In this document: positions 50,033 to 61,400 of the stretch, in pieces
Position numbering within the stretch: position 1 is the stretch's first letter
How the letters are laid out: every line of letters starts with the position of its first letter
Source of the DNA: Laetmonice hystrix
Lineage: Eukaryota
Direction of reading: 5' to 3'
Assembly (NCBI GenBank): GCA_965235115.1
Contig: OZ249436.1
Coordinates: forward strand, 53,322,001-53,386,000
Length of the DNA stretch: 64,000 nucleotides
The notes under the pieces: generated by a model
What the model was told of the DNA's origin: nothing
Seen by the model: only the letters and a program-made list of their open reading frames with translations
Database searches by the model: none
Translations under genes and position numbers: made by a program

Positions 50033-50505
50033 CAGGGTTGCCAACATTCAATCACGAAAAAAACCTAAGATCTCAGATGAAAAACCAGAAGATTTGGGAA
50101 TTTCCCAGACAATCTTTCTTTTTGAAGAAAACCATTAAAATTACTCACAAAATGTTTTTATTTGCTTATGTTCCGAAAATCAAACTGAAATAGTTCAAAT
50201 TATACTCACAGGAGGTGTGAGACAATGTGAAAAAGCGCGAGAACAGTGACAACGTGTCTGGATATTATCGCTCATGTCGCAATCGCTAGTTGTTTGGCGA
50301 GAGCAACAGAACCTTTCTGCAATCACCAGCCTGTAAGTCAACTTAGCAGTCATTTAAGTGCACAATTTCGCCCATCCAATAGACTTTTATCGCAAATAAG
50401 ATGACTACTTCATTTCCCGTAAGATTTTGTTACCGGCCGGATAACCGTAGACCACAGTCTGAAACCGTAAAGTTTATGGGCAAACCGTACATGTTGGCAA
50501 CCCTG
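50033..50505. mobile_element. hAT-like MITE (473 bp) with a 6-bp TSD
   Basis: GACTAA|CAGGGTTGCCAACAT ... ATGTTGGCAACCCTG|GACTAA. A matching end (CAAACCGTACATGTTGGCAACCCTG) also occurs at ~44488-44512. Confidence 0.85.
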
Positions 50506-52435
50506 GACTAAGCGTTTAGTGGTATGGGACTACATATCGCCAGCAGGCACGTGCCACACTTTCGTTCAGAATGTGAGACATAGCTAGAGAGTCCAATCCA
50601 TTTCAGCCATTCCGATTCAAAATATAAAAGCAAAGAAAAAAAGGAAAAAAGATTATAATACTTTCCATTCATTTTACTTATTATATATCAGAAGGGCTCG
50701 ATAGTATCCAAGGTGTAAAATAAAGATTGTAAAGTCGTGGAACTGTCGAGGACAATTTCAGCTAAAATCCATTTGTGGGAATTCTCCATTTGAACTAAAC
50801 ATTCCCGTCCTAGCTTGAGCAGAAATGAATAACCCTTAGTATATTTATAAAATATGTCTAGGTCAGGTACCAATTAGCAACCATTGCCTTCTTATGCCAC
50901 ACTTTAAAAATAAAACAAGAGTGGTTAATTTCGGCAAGCAAAGTGGAAGCTGTAAATAAAATATGTTGTACTACCGCAATTCGTACTACCATAATAAAGA
51001 AACTTTGTACTGCCTGGTCTGATGTATCTGCCAACACCATGAAATTTACCCAAAGGCTGTAGTTCTAGCCATTATTTATCATTTCTTTGAAATAATGGTT
51101 CAAGAATTATTACCAGCATGGTTCTTTAATAGCTTAGGATCCACTTTAATGGATGAAACAACATGTAAGCCCCATCAGAAGTGCTGTACATCACCTTCGG
51201 TTGCTCTGTGAAGGGAAGCGGTAAATAAAAGATGAGACGACAGAAGCTATGTTTGCATCACGTCAGCACGCATATTTCTGACTACTTAAAGTTTAGTTGT
51301 TGTTCCGCTCCATTAAGCCATCCATTATATCCATATATCCATTAAGCACGTGTACCATCGTATTCACTAACATTAGGGTTGTGTGGGGGTTAAGTTTAGG
51401 GACTGACATGTTTCAAAGCAAAAGTGGCACACGATGATATCCCCAGAAAGGTGGGGGCCAATCTGATTCGGTCACTCTGTTCTGTATGAAACACTGCTTG
51501 TTCACACCACACTTTTGCAAATATAACCTACCCCGGTACTTTCTATGTATAATCTGTAGACAGTTAAATACCATAAGGAAAGGACCACTTTCCCTAATCT
51601 CACTATCAATATGATAGCTACATGCCTCAAATACATTTACAGTATTGATATAAGTATTATAGACATAAAGTTCGATCTGGTCAATATGCATCTTGCATAT
51701 CCTGTATCACATCCATAATGAAAGTTATTTACATCATAAATAATGAAAAGTAAGCATCAGTATGACCTATCATATTCACAGACACCAACATTTAACCGAG
51801 CAATTGGCCTACTTTACACAACCAGGTCAGAGCCCCTCTCCTCATCCTCTCATTTTCTCGGCAAATTTACACGGCTGTTTTGCCTTCCTCTGGCACGTCA
51901 CAATTCGCCTTCCATAGCCTTCTGCCTTGCTCACACTCTGCCCACAGTGTGTGCACTGATTAAAACTAAGTTAGCAGTAGACCTCGTTAACTCATAAAGG
52001 CTGTTCACCACCACAGTGTTGCCCTAACAAAGTGCACAAATTCGTTTATAACAATCTCAGAATATGGCAACGCAGTTGTTGTCTGGCTGTTGAAGTTAAG
52101 ACATGCTACTTCTACAATAAACATCAAAAAGAAAACCTATCAGCAAGGCTGAAACGGTGCCTTCCATATATATGTTAATTTGTTTAATCGCATGATTTTA
52201 TGGCCACCTTAATGTACTAACTGTAGTGACACTGACATTCCGTATGGCTAAGGAGGGAAATATTTGAGCATGTAGCCACTGCACGGGAAAGCCCTGCTCT
52301 GGATCTATGCAGTAAATGTTCACGTTTGATTAAATATCATTTTCATCACTACTTTGCTTTCCTGCTGGTTAACCAATGGCAACCTTTACAACTATCTTAT
52401 CAATTTATCTAAGCCATACAGGCTTTGTGACGCTG

Positions 52436-55400
52436 TCAATGGTACCAAGAGCTGCTGTGTTTGTTGATGCTGTTGCCACGGTAACCACCGTCACGAGGTC
52501 TGTGGCTGTTGTAGTGTGAAGAGTAGCCATGGTGGTTGCCACGATGGTTGTAGGAGTGATGAGAGTACCCATAGCTTGGCCGGTCACATCGCTCATATTT
52601 GCCAGGTGGACGCTGTTTCAAATGAAGGAGAAAAACATTAATTATAAGGTTTCACCTATTGTGATTCAAAGCAAACTGGTCATTTAAAGGAGCACATTTT
52701 TCGACTGACATTGCATTATTTTTAGTGTAGAGGTCCGAAATAAATATTCCTACCCTGAAATTTGCGTTGATTGGCTTGTAATCAAGCCACAGGCATCCCC
52801 CAGAGTGAATTTTTCGTGGCCCCATGTTAAAAGTTAGGCCATTTCTCAGTCAATGCAAGTTTCGACCCAAATTTTTTATGTTTTGCATTTAACTATAGAA
52901 CGCCTGAAAAAAGAATCAAAGGCCGTTCGCAAGTGTGACTCTTCCAATTGTGCCCCTTTCAGCCAAAGTACAGCATTTAGAAAAGCTGTAAATAGAAAAT
53001 ACCAGATTTTCTACCTCCAATGGCATTTCTTCTCCATTTTTTATCTTATAATATTGACAAAAGGAATGGTCCTTTCCCATTTCTAAGACAATGTCTCCTG
53101 CAACTACTCAAATTCAATGCATTCTACTGATCTTTTCATTAACTGGAAATAAAGAGGGAAGAGTGTTAAACAAGGAACTCACCCTGTCTTTGTCAACATT
53201 TCTCATGTCGTGGGCCTTCTGGAACGGATTTCCCGAGTTGTAAGAGTTGTACCCTCCATAATTGCAGTCACTGTATGACTTTTTGATCTTTTTTGTCTGA
53301 AATGGCAAAAATTATCCAGCTGATTATCTTAGAAAGATACAAATCTTACATTGCTTGTATATATATATATTTCATGTTTCAGTGTTGCTTAATACAGGTC
53401 TACCAAAGTTATCACCACAAATTGTATTTCTACCCAGGACTCTACATTTGTAATGGCATTATGAGCCGAGTGGGTAATCCTGGGTAAATATGGTTAATAA
53501 ATAAAAAAAAAAAAAATGGCTGATCCAATAAGACTAAGAGCTATGTACAGATCATCTAGGGTGAGTAAGATTCCATGCATACCCTCGGCGATCGGAGGCA
53601 ACTTGATTTTACAAATTATATATACCAAGACCCTTCTGGGATGCTTCAACCTGGCCCATTGAACTGAAACTCTAGACAAAATTTATGTTCCCACACACCA
53701 GACTGCGACAGAAGCAGAGCCCAAAAATAAAAGAAATCAGCTGCTCCTACTTTTCCACGGTCAAGCTCTTCCTCATAGTCATCCATGCGATGCCGCTTAT
53801 ATTCGTAATGACGTTCCCTGTCCACATCTTGGTCAACATGATTCTTTCCACCATCCCATGAACTCACTTGAAAAACAAAAATTGTCTGTATCACTTTTTC
53901 TGTATCACTATTTATTGGAGACTTCCTAATTACAATGAAACTATCTCATCACTGGCTACACACTGATCATCGTAACGCGCGTTACGCTGATCCAAGATGG
54001 ACGATCCCGATGCTCGCTTCGCGTGTTTTTGTTCAGGTTACAAGGACTACGGTGCATCAACAACATAAAACAACATCTGAATATCATGATAACAATGTGT
54101 GCCTGCCGTTTGTCTCAGTTTGGGGTCCTAGAGGGGCGTAGATTAAGAGAAAATGGACGCAGAAGATTTGGCGATGATACCCGTAACGCGCAGCGCTGAT
54201 CCCCGTAACGCAAGTTTAATTTGGTGACAGGATAGGCGTAACGCGGCACCTAAACCTTTCACTGAGCCTAAAGGTTTTTACGTAGACGAGTAGACGACTT
54301 TCAACATCGGCTCGTGATCTGATAATGAATCTCAACTTTGTAATGAGCATTATCTACTTCAGTATGAAGGTAAAACCATGAGGTACACGTATATAATAGG
54401 GCCCGGATTAACAGCGTGTGTGATACTATACTATTATAATATAGGCCTACTAGTCTATAGGTGTTACCATACAGAGTGTGTGTGGGCGTACCCCAGGGCG
54501 GGGTCACGAATCTAAGACATGCCTGGCAGGCACCATGAGAGATCGAGATGCTTTGTCCTTCCCCAGTACCCCGGGGTAGAGCACCCTGACTCCTACAGGG
54601 AGTACGCTAGTGAATTTTGGGTATTAGCCACAGTGGCTAACAACTGAGGAAAAGAACTAGCCACAGGGAAAAAGTTTTAGCCACAGTTGTTTTAATGTTT
54701 TTTATTTAGGTAACCAGAGTTCATTATACATGTATTATACAGTCTTAATTTCTCTGTATAATATAAAGTACATGTACTTTCATTTGCCAGCTGTGTGTAG
54801 GCCTAGTGAACGTTTTTGGGGGAATAAGCTGTCCTATATCTCGAGGATAACTCTACACAAGTGGCCCTCTTGAGCAGCAAGAATATTGGGATCCAGTACA
54901 GGACACCTACACCTCAGAGGAGGCCTGGCCCAAATTGACGGGTACCTCGGCTATAATACCCTCTCATCACAGCGACCCCCCCCCCCTGACAGCCCCCACC
55001 CCTCACACCCCCGACCCCCGTACTGAGCGGCCGAGCTGCCTCTCCACCTTCATGCCATGTGACCTCAGCCATGCTATGTGTCGCCTGTCCTCTCCTGGTA
55101 CACTCAGCCTGCCAGGTAATCGGGATTTAAACTAGGCCTATATTACTCCTACAGGCTGACTGGCATCTGTCATAAACTCACCCCAGATGGACTGGACCCA
55201 GGGGAGACGGGCCAGTACTGAGGGCCGGCCTGACCTGGGGTAGTCCGTAGTAGACTAGGGGGAACAGACGCATACGGGCGGCTGGCCTGGCCTGGCGGAG
55301 AGACCGGGTCGGGTGGGTCGGTCACCCTGGTCTCTGACCACCCACATGTCACACCGACACACGTGCTCCAACCACAGTCAGTGGTGGATCAGGCGTGCAT

Positions 55401-58400
55401 GGGGGAGGGGGGGGGAGGACCTGGGCTATAAACTGGAGACAGCTGGAATTTTCAGGCGTGGCGAATTTGGTGGTTTATTTTGGCAGTGGAACTCGCCACA
55501 GGCTGGAAGTATTCGCGTTTGCGAGCGTGGCTACTGCTAACGTACTCCGTTCTACATGAAGTTAAACTGTAAAAACTCTGCCACAACCTGCACAAGATTT
55601 CAAATAACACAAACAATTAAATTCCCTTCAAACGAAAACTGGTGAGAATGGTTTTTCTACTTGAAAGACGAAGAATAAAGGCAGTACAGCTTACGAGTGA
55701 ATGGCAGACTAACCAGCAATGAGTCGCGTTACGGGTATCAATAATTCGCGTTACGGGTATCATTTGTCAACATGCTTGTCCGCGTTACGGGTATCACAGC
55801 GAAAATCTTCCGAGCGATTTTTGAGATTTCTAGGCAATCTCAGGCGCCGAGGTTCACCAAACATGATGCCGCCATTACAATAAACAACTCTGACGTCTTA
55901 CAGATGAATCAGAGACACGGAACTGCTTGAAATACGCCTAGTTTTAGTTGAAGCGAGACCTGCCTTCCTCCATCTTGGATCAGCGTAACGCGCGTTACGA
56001 TGATCAGTGTGTAGCCAGTGCTCATACAGACTTATATTGCAGTCTGATCTTTTACCTTACCAGTGCAATGTTTGGGCTATTAGACAATAAGAAAAAAACT
56101 GGAGGAAATTATTCACGTGAGAAGAAGTAAAACATGCCTGTTGTTTTAAGAGCATTATTGTTTTTGAAGACAAACCCAGTCATAACGTATTACTCACATC
56201 CGAGTTGTTTGCAGGGTCTTACCTTGAGCCCCGTAGCCTCTGGACGAAAACTTTTTGAGATCACTGACAATGCTAGATGAGCAGGAGGAACGTGCACCGT
56301 CCCATCGTGACTTCTGACACTCCTCTGTCCGCCTACGATAGCCGTCAGTCACATGCTGATCCCAGGTCCTTACCGGAGCTGTAGCAAAGTCAGAAATATT
56401 TTTCCAACTGTCAAAAACTAGCTCAATCATCAAACACATCTTTCATAAAGAAGGTCAATATTGCTCAGAAATAAACATAAACAAGATGGACACATTGGCT
56501 AAGGTATACTGGTATGGTCATGCTACAAGGCAGATCTTGACCATGTGTTTGTTTATGTGTGTACTAATTAAGACTTAAACTTTGAGGTTACCCCATGCAT
56601 ATAAAATACTATCATTACATTTTTTCTCCTAACTATTCAGACAAGATAATTTTTCAGTGAAACAATTGCTAGTCTGAGATACTGTGCTGGCACAAGTAAA
56701 GCTGTTTATTGATATTAGGTTTGTAAAACAGAGACTTCTGATATTAGGATTTAATGACCAAAAACACAAGGACAATCACCTTCTTTTTTAGCTGTCTTCT
56801 CTTTCTCTATGGTCTCCTTTGTCTTTTCCACCCACACAAAGGCACTGCTATTTTTACAGTCGTCTCGATCCTTTCTGCTCTTCTTCTTGTCAGTATCACA
56901 TTCCTCAGATGAGGATGAAGATCGTTTACTGCCCCTGCGTGATATGTCTGAATCAGATGTACTCAAAAGTTGCTCCTCATCCTCTGGCTTGTGCTTGTGC
57001 TTCTTCTTTTTCTTCTTTTTTAGTTTTTGCAAAAGTTCTAGGGCCCCACACCCATTGACTTGGTCCTCATCCTGTTCACTGCTGTGACGTTTTTTATGCT
57101 TTTTCTTCTTGTGTTTTCTGTGAGGTGATGAACTGTCTGTGTCTGTGGAGCCACCGAGGCCATTAAGGAGTTGACTTGTTGAGCTCTCACTGCTCTTGGA
57201 CTTATCCTCTGCCGCCTTGACATCAGATAATTCGTCCAGGACTGTAGGGACTGACGGGCCATCCTTGTCAGTCATCACCTCTTGTTCATTATTTTTGAGT
57301 AGATCACTGTGTTTAGGCTTGCTTTCCCAGCCCCCATTGTGAGGTTGTTTCTTGATAGTAATGTTCAATTCTTTATGAGGGTGACTTGGTTGCTGGTCTT
57401 GAACATCGTCTTTTTCATTCTGGTTTGGAGTCTCTCCGCTGCGATGTTCTGGGACGGGCGTTACCTTCCAACCATTACGCTGAGCTTCAGGCAGGAAGGA
57501 AAGCTTTCGGTTCTCAACACCAGGTGTAATATGCCATTCGGTCGTCGAGTTCATGCTGGTGTTACTTGAACCTGAGGCCAGCGATGGAGAAATTGCTGCT
57601 TCTGCATCCAGAACGTGCCAAGGCGTCGTCGCATTTATCCTGTGTGGTGTGGATGGCGACGTAACCACACTGAGGGCATCTCCCATTCCCTTCTTCACTG
57701 GGCTTGAAAACCGCAGCTGGGAGGGCTTTGTGGGAGAAGCATCACCACGATCCTTGGGCTTTATCATGCCACTACAGCTTGGCTCTGTTCCAGAATCCAG
57801 AGGTTTATATGCTCCAGGCACAATGGTTGTGGCATTGAGTCGCTTGTCAAAGATGGGCCCATCTACCTTTGTAGTCAGGGTTGGTTTGTCTTTGACACTT
57901 GGACAACCACTAACAGAAGGTTTGGGCTGGATTACCAGAGTCTCCTCCTCCTCGCTGGCCGAACTGTCGTTTGTGTAGGGCACCAATTTCGACTTCAGAG
58001 ACTTGGCATCATCGCCATTGACCTTTGGAGCAGCAGGGTCTTTCTCTCCATCTGCTGGGAAGAACACCTTGCCGTTCTTGATGTGCATTACAATACGTGG
58101 TTTGTTGGCTTCCAGTACTGCTGTATCATCCTTGGAACCGAGCTTTGAGATACCAAAAGACACTTTGTCCCTCTGTGATGGCAGTGGGATGGTAGTGGGT
58201 TTCGGTGGTGGAGGATTCGCGGGTGGAACTTTAGCAAATGAGCCTGGCTGGTTGTCGGTCTTCTGGCCAACAGATCTTGGTTGGAGAGCTGAATCTGAGA
58301 CACTACTTGAAGGTTTCCGGGAGACTGGTGTACCAACATCATTTGTAGGCTCACCTTCAATAAGATACGTATAATAGGTCCATGTTAAGTGTTTTCATTA

Positions 58401-61400
58401 TAACCTTTCTCAGATGTTTACAAAATTCAGAAAAACTCAGAAAAACACAATTATCCCAATTAATTTACTAGGCATCCAGACAAGGTGAAAATACAAGTTT
58501 GGAACAGAGCCACGTGACTCGGTATGGCTTGAAAGCTACAGTTATGACCCGGATGCAGAATATACTGTGAGTTAATCAAAGGGGCAGACAACAAAGTCTG
58601 GCCATTCCAAAACATTTTCCTTCCGGGTAATGTTTTTATTTCAAACATGTAAATAAGTTAGATATACTTTCTGTTAAGAGGCAGTTCCAAAAACCAACTT
58701 ACCTGATGAACTGTTGGATTTCTGAGTATTGTAAAGGTTGTTGTTATGATTCATAGGCAGTTTCGGTCCAATCAAGGGCTGAAATAAACAAGTTAAATAA
58801 GATTAAACAGCTTATCATTCATCTTGCCTTAACTATCAGTCATAAGTTCCAATAAATACTTGAAAAAATGCAATTTTCCATGTTTTCTTAAAAATAGCAC
58901 ACCAGTGCTGTAGTAAATGGTAAAAAGTCTATTCATTCACAAAAGAGCTGCACAAATTTCTTTCAAATTACAAGTAGGAACTGATTAGGAACTTAAGATG
59001 CAATCTGAAAGTTCCTTGTTTTATAAGAACTATATTATAAGAATTTTGGCTTGTTCTACTTCTTCATCCAAACTTGTAACAATCAACTTACCTTCTGAAC
59101 ATTATTATTGATGTTTGGAGACTTCATACGACAGTAAAATAACAGGTACGCCTCTGCATTTAGTACTCGTCCAACACTGACCTGAGACACCTACAAATGT
59201 ACCCACAACAATATTAGTGCAGGAATTAATTTTAACCAATGCTTTTTACTTTCCCTGGCTGTCCCTCAGCATATTTTCCCAGTCAGAGGTCTGCAAATCT
59301 CAAGTACCTATACACAATTGACATGGTTCGTAGAGTTAGAGGAAACCAAAATTCCAGGAGTTTTCCAGGAGTTTTCCAGGATAAAATCGCAGTTTTCCAG
59401 GACTTAAGTTCTAATACTTATTACTTTTCAGTGATTTTTAAATGCAATAAAGAGCAAAACTGAACCCAAGCATTATGTTGTTCCAAAGCATTTTATGATT
59501 TTTCCAGGAGTTTCCAGGAGTCTGACTGGTTTTTCAGGACTTTCCAGTACTGGAAAACGGATTTTTGATTTTCCAGGACTTTCCAGGACTTTCCAGGAGT
59601 CTGCGAACCCTGATTGATGACAACTCTAACTTACATGTGAATCGTTCATGATGTACCACATCCTATTTGGAGCACGCACGTAGCAGTAGTAGTGTCCTGA
59701 GAAACAGGAACCGCCCACGTGGACGAGCACAGCATAAAGCTGATACATGACTGGTGGGCCCTAAAAAAAGAATATTAAACAATACTACTATATTGAAACC
59801 CCTCACATCTTAATGTCTCATCCAGCTGATCATAACAAATCCATATCATCTAATCCTGTGACTTGTATCTAATGCCTCAGCAATTGCTTCTCAACCCATT
59901 AATATTATTATTTTATCATTTTTAAATAAGGATCATCCTGAAATATATTCCCTTGACATCCTAAAGCATCACATTTACATGTGTACACGTATGCATCTCA
60001 ATGATAAACCATAAGATGACCATTTATTGGCCAAAAAAAGCTTCAAACAACTGAATACTGACGATTACATTTTCATGGAAAACAAGCAAACCTACCTGTT
60101 TTTGACTCATGTAAGGTCTCAGGTCCAGCTTCTCTGGGTAACCAACATGTTTGTTAACCTTGCCCCCTTGTAGCCTGTTGTAGTCAAACCTAAGGTGAAC
60201 ATAAAACACAGGTCAACGGGTGTTTAAGCAAACTGACGATTATCACTAAGCTTTAACTATTTACAAATCAAGTGTCAATAATAATAAACTTACCTCTTTA
60301 TTTGGACTGTCAATACATTTGGTGGTCGGTGAACTGTAAAACGCTTCTGGGCATGAACTTTAGTCTTGCATCGTGTACAGTTGTATGCGTTGTCATTTTC
60401 AAGCGTTTCAGGTTGTACAAAGCGCTCAAATGCTTTTGTTATGTTGTTCACATTCTGAAACAAGAAATTCCTTAAACATTAACATCACAAAATTTTATTT
60501 TTCATGCCCATATTGACCAAGTGTGCTAGAAACGAGCTAATAGAAACATACATGTAGGCCATTAAGTTTGAATCTTAATAGGTATGAACTCTACTTCAAA
60601 TGAGTGAAATATCAGCATTCAAACTTATAATGAAGTATGACTTTGGAATGACCAACATTCTGTTTCATTCAAATAATGTCATTCCTGATAGAAACAGTCA
60701 GTGTCACGGGTTTAGGCTAACTTTAGCTGCTTAGTTTTCAACCAGCATAAAGAATGATCATCACGAATCAAATTCAGTACTTTCTCTTTTTATTCTTCTT
60801 CTTGAAGAAAGAAAAGGATTTCCACCAGTCTCTTATCATCTCATCCTCAAACCGAGCACACTTATGAAGTTGTATCCTTTTTTTTACCTTAATGTCTAAA
60901 CTGATGTCCAACAGAGGATCATATGTGTTGGATCGTTCCCGGCATCGCAAACACAATACTGAAATAAAAAACCGAACACCTTGCAACATTATCAGGCTTT
61001 CAAATCTGTAAATTTGTCATGAGCTGTTGATCGCTCTTGTTGATTTATGATGGGAAGCTATTTTCACTCTCTGTCATAGTCCCCCAAACCTCTCCTAAGT
61101 TGAAGTACCAAATTTTACTGTTATATTCTATATTTATAATTATTGTAATCTACCTGAATATTCAATGTATTCTACCTATTTGTTTGTTAATAAATGTTCT
61201 CAGCCATGTCATAAATCCTGCTTTTTCAAATCAAAAGGTGCTTTATCAATTTATGAACGTATTTCTACTGTGAGATTGCCACAGTGGTTTTAATTAACTT
61301 ATGATGGCACATGTGAACAGTTTTTTACCTCTTAAATTAACTTATCACATATCAAGTTAGGGACTCAAACATGTCCAAAAACCCATGCCTAGCTGAATTT

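Noticed and set aside
53950..54001. RAG recombination-signal (heptamer-spacer-nonamer) structure in the TIR
   Set aside because: Only the CAC matches; there is no A-rich nonamer at 12- or 23-bp spacing.
56809..58374. Plus-strand ORFs of 79-141 aa
   Set aside because: They are antisense shadows of the large low-complexity USP36 exon.
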